NCBI RefSeq assembly: GCF_037042905.1
Contig: NC_087251.1
Location: 46,440,001 to 46,504,000, forward strand
Length of the DNA: 64,000 nucleotides
Source: Lytechinus pictus
Lineage: Eukaryota
Direction: 5' to 3'
Both the position numbers and the translations under genes were made by a program. Under the pieces are notes generated by a model that was given only the letters and a program-made list of their open reading frames with translations, was not told the origin of the DNA and did no database searches. Below, one piece after another: positions 24,039 through 38,000 of the stretch (position 1 is its first letter; every line of letters starts with the position of its first letter).

Positions 24039-24879
24039 AAAAAAAAAGAAATGGTTATCACTCAAAAGAAGTTTGCTCATATACAGTATGCCTTAAAAGA
24101 AATTTAATTCAGATCAATTAACTTCAGTAGTCACAAGCCTTGGAAAAAGTCTGAATTTATGGAATTTCTATAATATGACCTAGAGTAGTTTGCATGTTCA
24201 TGGGGGGATCAACTTTGGTTCACATTTTAATAAGAAAGTCAAAATAAAATTTCATATTTCTTATCAGAAATAAAAACATAAGAGATAGTAAGTGGGTGAC
24301 ATCTGTTTTCTCATTTTGCATACCAACCAGAATATGCATAACTATAATGCTGAAATTTTTATTAAATCCAGATGTAAAACATGAAATTTAAGACATTTCA
24401 AACAAATATAAGCATGATGCACAGCATAGGCCTACCCTATTACGGAGTACGAGAGTCGTCGTTGATTTATCGATATAGTTTCACAGTATTTTTTTTATAT
24501 TTTATTTTATGAATTATGGACTATGCAGATTTCAAATTAAAAAGTTTTGTTTTGAAAATTAAAATACGTATTATGCCTATTCCCGTTACGTGATTTGCCC
24601 CTAAACTTGGAAATCAATAGGCCTATCCCCTATATTTCGGCAAGTTTTGCGAAAACTTTATTTCTTTTATGATTTGTCATCTCGCTCTGGTACTGGTACC
24701 GAGATATGGGCTACGCGGCTTTTTTAAAAGCTGATGTTTCTCAACAAAAATGGTAAGAAAAATACGATTTACTGAATTGTCTTTTTACTACATTTTTGTT
24801 TAATGCATTGATTTGTCATTTCTTGTAACCAGAATATATAAATGAACACACCATAAATCATATTTTTGTTTAATTTGGG

Positions 24880-25130
24880 GGCGCTAGTGGCGGCTCTCCT
24901 AGTCTTCTGCAGCTGCCACGACACAGCTAGACGCATCATCGCACCCGGTCCTGTCCCGCCGGATCTGGGCGGCCCGGAAGAGTGTGCTTAGTGACTGAGC
25001 AGTGTACGGAATCTTTATGCTAGACTAGAGTCCTAGACATCTGAAATTCGCCGAAACTCGTCTGTTTAAAACTAGAGGGTTTGCCATTCCATGCTTTACA
25101 ACTGGACACTTATCGATCAGGCCCTGGCCA
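24880..25130 (+). promoter_or_regulatory. CpG-rich promoter-like island
   Basis: Local GC/CpG rise with GC-box-like GGGCGG and ETS-like CCGGAAG at ~24967-24982. Confidence 0.35.
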
Positions 25131-25206
25131 GAGTAAACATAACGTTTCTCTGGCTTTGTGCTTCAAAGATTTTAAAGGATGACATTTTAGCAGTTACTTT
25201 ACTAGT

Positions 25207-26521
25207 CAAGGCTCCACATTAACTTTTTTTGGACTTGGTGGTGGCCCGTTCGGGCCACCAAAACCTTCAAATAATTTTTTTTGGTGGCCCGATATTAAAG
25301 TCTGGTGGCCCGAAAAATATAAAGGAAAACATTAATTTAAAATAAATAAAACAAACTTCTGAAATATTAATTCTGCAGCCACTACCACCAAGACGTATAT
25401 TAAAAAAAGAAAACAAAAATAATAAAATAAATAAGTGAAATAAAACAAAAGAAAGAAAATGAAGAAAGAAAAAACAAAGAACAGGGAAAAAAAGGAAAGA
25501 AAAAATTTAGAGGAAAAAAAAAAAAAAAAAAAAAAAAATGAATAAAACAAAATTTATAAAAAATTGGGAAAATTTATAATTATTTTTCAGTAGAAGCGTA
25601 TTCTTTAATCAGGCATATTCAATGGGAAGGGGTATAAATGGTTTAACCACTATAAAAAAAAATGAAAGAAAAAAAAAGAAAATGGCATAAGTTATATCTC
25701 ATTATCTGGAAAGAAAACAGTGTGAGAAGAGTCCTTCCGTATATTTGCCAAATGCTGGAAAAATTCACATTTCATATCAATGAAATGCCTTCCCAAAGTA
25801 TTTACTTTCTCAAGAGTGGTTTAAGAAGTCATTTGTAAACAAGAAAGAAAGAAACTGTCTGCTTATTTTTGGCTAGAAAAGACACAGCTTCGAAAGAAAC
25901 AAAGTATCAACATACATACAAATGCACACGTGGGACTGTGATGTACTCACCTATGTGTTTTATGTGCATAAATGCATGTGGAAATCGGTCTTTTTTAGTC
26001 AAAAGAGGTCATAATTCCTCTTTTTAATGCTTGCAAATAATCAGGTTACACCAGATTTTAGTAATATGGACTGTAGAAGGGCATTTCATTGGTGTAAAAT
26101 GTGACTTTGACGTAGATTTTCAAAGTTCTGTGGAAGATTTCTTAGCAGCAACATTTCGTATCGCAGCTCCCCGAGTCTAAATAGTCTGCTAACGCACAGC
26201 TAGCTAGCTGCATGCAGTGGTTTCATGCATGTAAAGCTCTCGCCAGACGGCCGGCGCGGCCGGCTGGATAATAGTTTACTGTATGCAATCTTTGTGTGTG
26301 TGTATTTGTGTGTAGATTAACAAAAAGGGCGCATGACGAATTGACTTGCAATTTGAACTGTAGAAAGTTGATAAAATGTGTGCAAAATTGGGAGAAAAAT
26401 TGCGCTACTTTGAAAATTATTGGTTGCCCGATTCGGGCCACCAAAACTTAACATTTTTTCAATAATGGTTGCCCGAGGTGAATTTCTGGTGGCCCCGGGC
26501 CACCGCTAATGTCGAGCCTTG
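25207..26521. mobile_element. hAT-like non-autonomous element
   Basis: TIR CAAGGCTCCACATTA / TAATGTCGAGCCTTG; subterminal GGTGGCCC/GGGCCACC repeats at both ends; TSD not clean. Confidence 0.65.
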
Positions 26522-26679
26522 CTTTAGTTTAGTCCTTTACTTTAGACGGTGCTTTAGTGCAACTTTTAAATTGAGGCAATGTCATGAGGATGAGGGAGCA
26601 AGAAAAATCTCTCCTGAAATACGGGACAATTGACAAACAAAGAAGGCTACACAGTGTTAGACTTGTGAAAAAAAAACTA

Positions 26680-28890
26680 AAGAATTGGAAGGGAGGGTGA
26701 ACAAAAGAATGAAGGAGAGAAAGAAAAGAGATGAATTGAAAAGAAAGAAAGAAAAAATGAAGGTAAAAAATAAAAGTTAGAATAAAAGAAGGATGAAAGA
26801 AAGAATAAAAGAGAGAAAAAAAACATTTCCGTCATTCTTTTAAATGAATAAAGAAAGAAAGGAAGGGAAGATGAACAAAAATTAATGTGTGAAAGACAAA
26901 CTAAAGGAGAGGAAGGAAAAAAGAAATTAAGAAAAATGAGGAAAAAAGAAAGACTGAAGGAAAACAATGTTTCCTTCATTTGAAAGAAAGAAGAAAAACA
27001 GGAAGGAAGGAAGGGAAAGAAAGAATAAGGGGAAAGAATTAGAAGGGAAAAATAAAACAAAGATAGGAGGGAAGAATGAAGGGAGGAGAGAATGAAAAAA
27101 GTGGAAATATTGGAAGGAGAGAAAGAATTAAAAGAAAAGGGAGAGGAAGGGAGAAGGAAGCAAAGAAAAGTTTAAGGAAAGAAAGAATGAAGCAAATAAA
27201 AACGGATATTTAAATAAAGAAGGAAAGAGAAAGAAGGAAAGAAAGAAAATGAACACAGAGAGAAAGAGAAAGGGTCAGGAAAAAATATAGGAAATAAAGA
27301 TAGATGGAACAAACAGGGCAAGCAGGAAAAATAGAAGGAAGAACAATGAAGGATAGAAAAGAACAAAAGAAGAAAAAATTCAAACTTCAAGCAAACAAAA
27401 CAAATCCAATCATCTAACAAAAATCATAATGATACTTGGTGTTAAATATGTTTTTTTAAATTTAAAAAAACTAAAATGTTTTAGAAATGAATACAATTTC
27501 AAAGTGAAACATAGTAAAACTAAAAATAAAAAATTTTTTTTTAGTTTTTTTAAATTAAAAAAAACATATTTAACACCAAGTATCATTATGATTTTTGTTA
27601 GATGATGCCGGCATCATACACGCCAAGACTCAGAACGAAAGCTGAAACAACTAGATCTAGTTATGAAACTCAATAACTTGTTCCTCCGATTACATCTCCA
27701 AATCAGCAATCTGATAATCCATAATATATTTATAAAAATTATTTTCCCGCCGATTTTGTGATTATTTTGGTGGAAAAACTGTTTATCATGTGAGATTTTT
27801 TGCACCATTGAGAATCTGCTCCGATCCTACATGCCTAGCTAGAAGCCTGCCACACACAGGCAGGAGGCCAGTTCGTTTGCAATGTATTGGGCAAGAAAAT
27901 CACCGCAGAATTTGCAAAAGTTTACAGTTATCAATTTTATTGTTGTCTCTGCTTCGTCATCTGTCATCATTGGTTATTTGATGACAAATTTGTCACTTTT
28001 AAATGTATTAACAACATTTTGTTCAATATTCTGAAATACGGGAAAAAATAGGCGTCCCGGGAAGGGTTTGCCGGGACAAAGGAGCAAAATACGGGACGAT
28101 CCCGGGGAATACGGGACATCTGGTCACCCTGCCTGCCTGAGTCCTAGTGTTAGAACTTAAAATTTGTAAGCCTAGCTTAAACTAAGTTAAAGGTGAGCAG
28201 TTTGCAAAGTACAAACGAAAGAAAGAATTGAAGGAAGTTTGAAGGAAAGTTGGAAAAAAATGAAAGATAAAAGAAAAGATAAAAATAGATAAAGGATGAA
28301 AGTAAGGAAAAAAAGCAATTACATGTATGAAAGATAGGAAGGATGGAAGAAACAAATAAGTGAAAGAAAGATATAAAGAAAGAATGAAGGGAAATAATGA
28401 AAGAAGGGTCTTGAGACTCTAGAAAGAATGGAAGAGGGAAAGAAACAAAGGAAAAAAGAATGGAGGAAAGTAGCAAAGGAAAGATAATAATGGAATGAAA
28501 CAGATAATGAACAAAGGACGAATGTTGGGGAAAAAAAGAAGGAAAGACATGACGAAATTAAAGAAGGAAGGAAGAAAGGAAAGTAATGAAAAGTGGACAG
28601 AAAGAAAGGAAGGAGGGAAAGAATCAAGATAGATTGAAGGAAAGAGAGAACAAAAGAAATATGGGAGAAGGAAGGAAATAATGAAAGAAGGAAGAAAGAA
28701 TGAAAGAGGGACATAAGGTTAGGAAGTAGGCCTAATATGAAGAAAGAATGAGATAATGAAAAAAAGAATGAAATAAGTGAAAGAATGAAAAAGAAGGAAG
28801 GAAAGAATGAGAGGGAAAAAAGGAAAGGGACACAAAGAAAGAAAGAAAGAAATAAAAGGGAGATAAATGAAGAAAAAGAAGAGGAAGATG
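26680..28890. repeat. Purine-rich (GA/AAAG) low-complexity tracts 26680-27400 and 28220-28890, flanking a hAT right-end fragment (ends TGGTCACCCTG at 28131)
   Basis: Strong A/G strand bias; ATACGGGA subterminal repeats. Confidence 0.75.
27409..27606. repeat. ~68-bp inverted repeat with ~60-bp spacer
   Basis: atcatctaacaaaaatcataatgatacttggtgttaaatatg.. versus ..catatttaacaccaagtatcattatgatttttgttagatgat. Confidence 0.9.
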
Positions 28891-29124
28891 GTTAAATCTT
28901 TAGATCCTAAAAAAAAACAAAAAATTGCTTACCCTAAATTCTACTGATATTCGTTTACAATACATACATTACCCACACATATTTTGTACTACTGTACAAT
29001 GTACTCGCCAATGTTTTTAGTGTTTGTTGACACAAAACTTGACCTCTTTTAGCTTAAACAGAAGTGATAATTTCTCTGTTTACTGCTTGCAAATGACAGT
29101 TAAATCAATTTTATAGAAATGTGT

Positions 29125-29616
29125 CAGGGTCGGGCGCAATTACATTACGTAATTAATTACATTTTTTTTAGTAATTGTATTTGAAATTTTGAAAGGGAAA
29201 GTAATTATAATAGAAAAAAAGGAATTGACTTCAATTATTGTTAATTACTCTTAATAACATTCAATTACTTTACAATAAACTTAATTTATTATTTGATTTC
29301 ATGACCTTTTTTATGTCAGCCGCTTCAGCATCAAAGAGTGTGATAGGAAGAATTCATGCTTTTTAACATGAACCTTCATCTTGTCAGTTTCTCTGTAGCT
29401 TAGAATCAGGTTGAAATAGGTGGTGCTAATACAGAATACAAATTGATTTCATTTATGACTTTTATAGAAAGTAAAATTTTGTAATTGTAATTGGCAAAAG
29501 TAATTGGTAATTATAATTTTAAAAATGTAATGTAATTGAAAAGTAATTGTAATAGAACATTTCTTCAATTACTTAATTGTAATTGGAACTGAAGAAAGTA
29601 ATTGAGCCCAACCCTG
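29125..29616. mobile_element. hAT-type MITE, inverted copy of the 3980-4497 family
   Basis: CAGGGTCGGGCGCAATTAC ... GTAATTGAGCCCAACCCTG; flanks AAATGTGT / AAATGTAG. Confidence 0.8.
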
Positions 29617-31204
29617 AAATGTAGACATTATGTGCATTTCAATTTTCATTGTGAGAAATATGACTGTTCTGTGGGAGATTTCTTACATTTATAGCCAAAC
29701 TTTGAGTTTGAGTTAATTCTGCATGGGCTCCTTGGCTTGCTTGCCTATCCCAAATGGCTCACATATGTTAATCCCTCCAAATCAGTGTAAAAAGTGGGTG
29801 GAGTTAAATGGGATTTTCGCACCTCGCATCCTTGTTAGCAACGCCTGTTAGCATTGTTTTACTCACTCTCCAAAATGTCTGCGATATTAAAATCCTAAAA
29901 ACCAATGGAATCGTTGAATTGCTATGAATGTATCGGTGTACCAACATATACCGAATTTACAAGCAAGTGTGGGTAAGACTTTGAATTATCAGTCATTTTG
30001 ATGAGTCATACAAAATGCCAAAATTGATGAAAATATAGCGTAAATTTGATATAACATTTCAAAATTGTCATTTAATTTTCTACCTGAAATGGATTAAATT
30101 GTGCGATCGTTTTTTACGTGCCTTAATACCGAATCCCTGTTTTTTGTTCCCGTACATAGCGAAACTCCTCACAGCAAAGTCAAATCTGGTTCCTTGCTTC
30201 ACCAGCAATAGTTTTAACATTGATCAACTTTTCTGCGACGGACGGGTTTTCATTTGACACTCTGTTTGCCTGATTTGTCTCTTCTCAACTTTGTCCTGAC
30301 TAATAAAGCCATTTAGACCCCATTAAATTACTAGTGAAGGAGCTATATAATGTAGTTGAGGATGTGTATCTCAAATTGGCGTACAGTATATCTCACAATT
30401 TATTTAGCTTTGAAATGTACCAAATTTATTGGAATAGTCCCCTTGGTTTTGAAAATAACTTGGGATAATATCTAAGCTCCCTTTTTGGTAGGTGACCTCG
30501 AGACGACTAGTATGAATATGCATGAAATTTCATGCACAAAGCACACAGCATGCACGCCTACTGCCTCTCCTCAACCTCCCTTTTTCTTTTTTCTTCCCCC
30601 CCCCCCTTTAATTTTTGAGGCAAAAAAAATCCATTCCCAAACCCCCCAGATCCAGCCCCCTGTCACTGTATAAAACTTGTATATATTTCTTCACCTTGCT
30701 TGATTACCATAACCTTCAAATTTTATTGTTTCAGGTGTCTGACAGGAGAACATCGGTGCTCCTACCCCCAGGATGACCCTTCCACTGTGCTCCCCCCCCC
30801 CATGCAACCTTAGCCACTATACCAACCAACCAATCAGCTTCTCAATCTCTGCATTCTCATCCCCGCCCATATTCCAGTGACCGCCCTCACAGCAGTCAGT
30901 TGATCTCCAGGTCAGTATGAGAGAGAGAGAGAGGCAATGATGTCGCACACTCACTATTTATTTTGTAATGCATACCGGTAGCTATATTACTCATGAATTA
31001 ATAATAGCAACATAATATTGATTTTTATTTCCCCATTCATAATTGACGAGTCTCAATGTGGAGAAAAAGTTCTTTATTTCTCTCTTTACCGCAATACTGA
31101 TTAAATTACAGTGTGACAATAAAATTGTCATAAGTTGCTTACCTCTTGTTTTGTGATCTTTACCCTCAATTTTGATTGAAAATAGAATGTACACCAAATT
31201 GTAG

Positions 31205-32886
31205 GAACTGCCAGGGATCAAGGTCGCATTCCTGAAGCGCAGCACCCCGGGCCATACCAGGATGCACATACTTAAGAGACGTTCTGTGATTCAAATCGCT
31301 CCAGATACGTGGAGATGGCCCACCAAAGGGCATCAATCCTGAGGGACAGATTAATCAAACAACGTGCAGGTGGTACAAGAAGGCCTGGGCTCATGAAGTC
31401 CATAAAGACGCACATGGTGGAGAGTAAGGCAACCCTGAAAGGTACATGGCATCCTGTCGTTGCCATCTTTGTATTTGTATGCTTGTATGTACAGGTAACT
31501 CTTGCTAAGTGGAATCCCTTGGGACCAGAAAAATCTGACTTGGGCAAAGTTTGACTTAAAAGAGGTACATAACACGTGTTTTGAACTTTTGATTAATCTG
31601 GTCTTTAAAAAATGTGTCGTCTTGGGCAATTATTTGACTTATGGAAGGTCGACTTATGCAGAGTTGCCTGTATTTCCATCTATAGAGTAAAAAAAGAAAA
31701 ATTTAAACCTACTTGTGCGTAATCTATACAAATGTGTGATAATAATTATGATATTCCTGTTCTTTTAATTATAGTGTATATACACATAGCTATGTATGTC
31801 CCTTTGTGCATATATACCCTCATGGATTATGGATACAAACTGTATGTACATATGGATACAGGCTTCTATTAATTTCCTGCTTAATCACAAATATTACCTT
31901 GTGACATCCGGAATTTTTTTGTTAATTTTGATAAAAAAAGGATGCACAAATATTAGAAATTAATACCAATGATTACAAGATTTTGATAAACCCTCAAATC
32001 GACCCCCAGCTTTGAACAGTGCCTTAACCACCAATCCACAGAAATGTGTTTAATGCATGGAGATACAATAGTTAGTGGCTCGATCAAACCCGATCCACTC
32101 TACATTATTACATATTCAAGTAATATGATATTCATGTTTTAGAACTGTACATGATAATATCTCTCAAAATTAAATTCTAATCTTATTTTTGCTGATAATT
32201 TAGTTTAATTGTTTTCACAATTGGCTGATATTTTAGTGCCCGATTATTTGACTGCATAGACTAAAATTTGACCCATTTCAACCAAGATATGATCGCAGTG
32301 CTATATCCATTTACATCAAATTTTCTGACTGATTTTTTAAAATTTGTTTGTTTCCATCCTAACTTGTTCTTCACAATAAAATAAAAGTCTTTACTGCAAT
32401 TCTTTAAATGTGCAGGTAGCAACACAAAAGATTAGTTGCAGCATTCGTTTGTCTCACCCCATCAGTCTGGAAGGCAGTATTTACCAAGATCCCAACATAA
32501 CAATTACCAGTACAAGAGGCCGGTTCCACGACATTTGCTTTGGCGACAATTGCTCCGATAGGAAATCTGCTTATCAAGCCAAACATAAAATCTAACCTCC
32601 AATACTTAATAAACCATAATTCGTATCTTTACATTATTCTGAACTCTAGTTCAATCCTGACTCTATCCCTGTGCCCTCTGAGATATTAAAACCGGAGTAA
32701 TTGTCTCAGGAGCAAATGTTGTGTCACCAAGAAGCCTTCGGATGATCCCTTCTTCCTGAGCGTCAGTGGATCTACCATTGGGCAACCTGGGGCAAGCGTT
32801 TAACAGAGATGGAAGATTGGAGGAAGGATGGGACACTTTCAACCCACCAACCTTTGTAAACCAGTGGCTAGAGAGGGGAATAAAAG
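31205..32886 (+). pseudogene. Decayed, intron-containing tyrosine-recombinase-like (Crypton-type) gene fragments
   Basis: Exon-like blocks 31205-31441 and 32416-32886 with AG/GT ends. Frame-broken peptides AFVCLT..NITI.QYKR, GSTTFALATIA and CLRSK..DPFFLSVSG..V*QRWKIGG..FQPTNLCKPVA resemble animal YR motifs. Confidence 0.4.
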
Positions 32887-33729
32887 GTATTTGATCTTCT
32901 TTGATAAAGTTAGCAATATAGTATGATTCATACGCATGTATACAAATTGAGGTTTTTGATAAAATACAAGATAACTTGTCATCGTGGAACATGTTATTGA
33001 ATTATTTGTCAGCAGTATTGTCAACCCATCATGAGAAATGCAATTCATTTTTCTTTCTAAAGAGAGTTCATTATTTCATTTAATCAGTGGAGATCGATCG
33101 GTATTGCTATATATAATTGAAGTTTCACTTTCGTGTATTTATTATATTTCCTATCAGTAGAACTGTTTCCTATATCGGTCATATAACGTAAAACCTGCTC
33201 AATTAATATTTGGTGAATGACATGAAAAATTAGCCCTGGAGAGCATTTCATCAACATTTGGCATCCTAAAAGTTTTCAGATCCAACCACTTTTCTAAAGT
33301 CATGATTGGCTGAGATGCGCTGGGGAGTGTTTCATGAAAGGGCCAGTAAGATGTTTTATCCAACCAAGTATGATTTATCCGACAGTTACCTTAGGAATTC
33401 AGCTTCTCAGCCAATCTAAATTGAGGAAAATTGTTGGATCCGACAAATTGTCAGAATACAAATAATGATGAAATTATCCTGGGGAGCGTTTCGTCAACAT
33501 TTTTTGTCCGACAAGTTGTCAGATTTGACAACTTTCCTTGATTCCGATTGACTGAGAGGCACTGTTACCAAGGCATCTCTCACATAAAACAGGACTTGTC
33601 AGATGAAACGCCTGACAAGTCCTTTTATGAGATGCTCCCCAGTTTGTGAGATATTTCCTATTTTTGAGCAAGTGCCATGAGCGCCCAGCTGAGGCGGAAA
33701 ACGGCGCTTTACAAGGACCCATCGTCATC

Positions 33730-34157
33730 CAGACCTGCCAACCAGTACGTTTTCGGCGTATTTAGTACGTTTTTGCAACCAAAATACGGAAGTACGTTTT
33801 TTCTTTTAAAAATATGTTTTTGTAAAAAAAAAATCGTAATTTATTGAGAAAAATCATCTCTATATGTCTCTATTTCATAGAACGTACACAAATATGGTTA
33901 TTAGATCAATGTAATTTCAGGTAACTTGTTTTTTTTTCCAATATTTTTGTTAAAACCAGGGTGAAATATACACATGTTTCAATGTCTTTTTTTTTTTCAT
34001 CTGCAAGAGCAGTGCGCATTTTAGCTTGCATGCAGCTTGAGCGCCGCGATGAGTGAGTGCGCCACGTATTTTATTATGAAATACACGTTTTGGGGGAAAA
34101 ATACAGTTTTTTTTATCACAGAATACAATTTTTCATTCCCAGAGGTTGGCAGGTCTG
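33730..34157. mobile_element. MITE with 6-bp TSD, near-identical to 17808-18236
   Basis: Same TIR CAGACCTGCCAACC; TSD GTCATC on both sides. Confidence 0.85.
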
Positions 34158-34619
34158 GTCATCATCAGTTGTCTGACTTTTACTATGGTAACTGTTTGAT
34201 AAAACAGACTATGTCTGATAAAACATCTGAGGTCCTTTCATAAAACACTCCCGAACTCACAACCTTGCAATTATGAGTCCAATGCTCTAACCACTGGACC
34301 ACATTAAAGGAGTCTACTAAAGTTCAATTATCTTACCAACCCTTTTGGCCAGTTTGGGAAGTAGTGTTGACTTTGTGCTAAAAAAAGAGACTTTTTTTTT
34401 GCTTAGAAATGTGTTTTGTGTCATTTTAGTAGGAGTACATATCTTTTGTGATTAAATGATAATGACAGTGAGAAAAGCAGATGAGGATAAGAGAAGAAAG
34501 GAAAGAATAGAGCATGTAAAGGAGAGGTCTGGCCATAAATCCATAATAACCCCATTGAGTAAAAATATGGCCTCATCTTTTGGTCGTCTTGCCTGCCCCC
34601 TCACCCAGCAAAATATATT

Positions 34620-34917
34620 GGCCCGTATTCTGAAGTCAGGTGTAACTTAGACCACGGTCTAAGTCTGCGCTAAAATTATGGAGAGCCAAAAGTTCGAAAA
34701 TTATGTTTATATTGTATATTTCAGATATGCTAATTATGTATTTGTTTCCTTTTGCTTTCTTAAGACAATTCCCAGACAATTATGAACAATTTGGGTGTCA
34801 TATGAGTCAATAAATTGAATGTGTACTCTTAGGGATTTGTGCTCCAATTGGCTGTCCATAGTTAAACCACAACTTTAAACGAGGGTTTAATTTAAACCTG
34901 AGTTCAGAATACAGGCC
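34620..34917. mobile_element. MITE (relatives at ~19117 and 61950-62217)
   Basis: TIR GGCCCGTATTCTGAA / TTCAGAATACAGGCC. Confidence 0.7.
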
Positions 34918-35025
34918 ACTGGGTCCGCTCAGTGCAATGTGAATTTAAATGTAAATTTACGATGTGAGTGGTGTTTTGAAATGAAATACTAATACAAATG
35001 AAAAAATTACCTTTTAAAATAACAG

Positions 35026-38000
35026 CCACAGGAGAGGGAGCCAAGCAGCGGTGCGTGCATCAACATGACTAGTGAAAACGATGAAAGGGGTTGGAACAGG
35101 ATGGAAACCAACAACATGAGCATTAAAAAGTGAGTTTAATAAATATCTGTATCATAGACATACCTGAATCTGGCATTTCTTGGAAAGGTTAAAGAGAAAT
35201 GCCAGCAGTTGCAGTAAACACTAATTTCATGAGAAAGTCTGTAAAACCAGGCTTAATTGTCAGTATATCATCGAGGATCTAGATCTGGTACAGTTACATA
35301 AACTGAACTTTGTGAAATCATAAAATCTAAGCTGAAATACAATCACACTGAAGATCGCCAACACAGATAGGCACACGTGGGACAGTGTATTATTATTGCT
35401 GGAATAAAGACCCGACGGAAGTGACCAAATCCGTGCTAATTTTGCTTATTTCTCAGCAGTTACACAATTTCTTCCAGAATCCTTTGGCACATATTTTTTA
35501 TTCATACAAACAGACACTTGGGTGGTCATTATATTAGATTCTGTAAAAAGTCATTTTGAGATCGTTACCAGAACTGGAATTTACCTTTAAGTGGGGCATT
35601 TGATTCATGTTCCAGCTTGGAATTTGAAATCACATATGCTAATTATGACAACTGCATTGCTTGAACTTAGTGAAAACTAGTGGCATAAATGAATTCCTTG
35701 TCCTTTAAAAATCCATTGAAGAGCTGTACTATGCTTTCAAGTTCAGCCCTCCAGATACACACTGTAAAAAGAGTCAATATATTCCATATATACGCTAATT
35801 AGCTTAGCTTATTGTGCTAATTATCTTAATTACAACAAATCCAAAATAAAAATTACTGCCATAAATTCTTGGTCATAGAAACACTAGAAGAAGTATATTA
35901 TTTATGTTTTTCAGCTTTCTGAACATGCAGAGATAAATAAGTCTATAGAATTATTATTCTAGTTATTCTGATTACAACAATTACTTAGTTAGTAATTACT
36001 TAAACAGTGGTCCTCTCTGCAGCAGGAACAGAGTGCTATCCGCAAGAGCAAAGCCCTGGAATCCAAGGTTCATCTGGCAGAAGTCACCAAACAGGAACAA
36101 CGCAACATGGAGCTAGATTATGAAGGATTTGTCGTCATGCTGAAGGATGAACTCAACAAACTCAGGTCAAACGTCTGAAAGATGCCTAGAAATATGCCAC
36201 CATATCCAGTGGTAAGTTGTACAGCATTTATGACTATTGTCACCACATCTCATCCCCCGAAAAAGTCACACAAAAAAGAAATGTTTATGCTTTTTCAAAA
36301 TTTAATCAAATAGGACAAACAAATGATCTATCATTGTAAAGCTCAGAGTCTACTCTTTCATCTGATATAACTTGGGACGATTGCTCATTCATGCATGAGC
36401 GAATAAGAAGGATATATCCTAAAATCATTTGGCGGACTGTACTGTACGTGAACTTCAAAAAGAAAATTCCAGGTCTCAAAAGTTCAATATCTGCTCTTTG
36501 ATATGATACCTCAATCAAAGAAAAATGGTCAATGAATAATAAAGTTCTGTATCTTTAACCCATCAGCTGCTGGGTTTTGTAATACCCATAGGCTTGTTTG
36601 TGTACAGGAACTATGTGTTCCCAGTAGGCAGTGGGTTTAAATAATGCTTGAATTTTTCAAAGCAATTGAAGACATTTGCAGGCTAGTTGTCAAACCTTTT
36701 CAACACTCCGTTTTGTTGACGATCAGCCTTGCCTTAAGTATTTTGTTAACCATGTGAGAGCTACGATTGGCAGTCCATGAAAACATATTTGTTTAATGAA
36801 AATCATGGAAAACAAGCATAATTTTAAGAAAAATAGAATTTTGTTATTCTGTTGTTATTTTTCATGAGGTATCAAATTTAAGTGCAGATTTTAAATGTTT
36901 AGACATGTGAATGTGTTAAGAACATTAATAAGATATTTAGACAAAACATCAGCACATTCAGGCCTGCATAAAGATGACTATTTAATAATTTTTATGCATT
37001 TCCCATTCACTTTGTGTGCAATGTCCCATACATAAGCCCTTTTTAATTAGTTATGAAATAGATGACTGAATTTTAACACCTAGTTTTGTTTTTCAAAAGT
37101 CAAAGTATATACATTAGAAATTCTAGAAATATGATTGGTCAGTGTTTGATATTTAAAGAAAGACATTTTAAAATTTACTTAAGTTATCACATACAGGACA
37201 CTTGGTTCAAGGACATTGCAAAATTTGCATTTATATAAGTAATGAGCTGATTCTGTCTTACCAATTGCAAATTAAACCATACCTTAGAGGGTCCACGTCC
37301 ATAAAGAAACTGGGTCAAAAATAAATTCAACTGATTCTAGGTGAATATTTTTAGATTGCCCCATTTGTATAAAGGTGTTATCTTAAATTATTCAAACAAA
37401 GGCACCTATTCCTGCGTATATTTGCATAATTTCTTTTTTCTCATTCATTTGGTTACAATATTATAGCAATTGTTTTCACATTTAATTGATGATTTTTTAC
37501 ATCTGAATGGTCTGATGGAATATTATCTTGGACTTGTCCTGAATTTAAATAAAGTAAAGTCAGTTTGTTTTTTGTTGATATGTGTTCAAATGATGCAAAC
37601 CTGTCAAAAATTTGATGAAAAGTGTTTCTGTATCAGGCCATGTAACATTAAGTATATCGATTGGTTGTAGAAATGGTTTTTAAAATTGATCATACTCTAT
37701 AATTAATGTAATGAATCCTATAAATCAGCCCCAGAATCAATAGCTTTGCTTCATGTTACAGGTCCAAGAAGTGCATTTTCCCAATGCAAAATCTAAGCTG
37801 TTTCATATGTATATGTGTCATAGTAAGAAGCATGCTTTTGAAAGAGAAATGTTGGTAGAATGTCATTTTCTTTCTTTCACTACACTTGCAGTCATGTCAC
37901 TCAGTGCAAGACATGGATACACTCCTAATCAATGCTCGCCATCTTCAAAGCATTAACATGAGAGAGATAGTCTATCAAAGCCAAGGACATGACACCAATC

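Noticed and set aside
26677..28714. Phe/Ser/Leu-rich minus-strand ORFs (also 25332 and 55977-56571)
   Set aside because: Artefacts of purine-rich low-complexity tracts.
36176..36178. Selenocysteine or readthrough TGA in the STXBP4-like exon
   Set aside because: The last exon is also broken and internal exons are missing; pseudogene decay is simpler.
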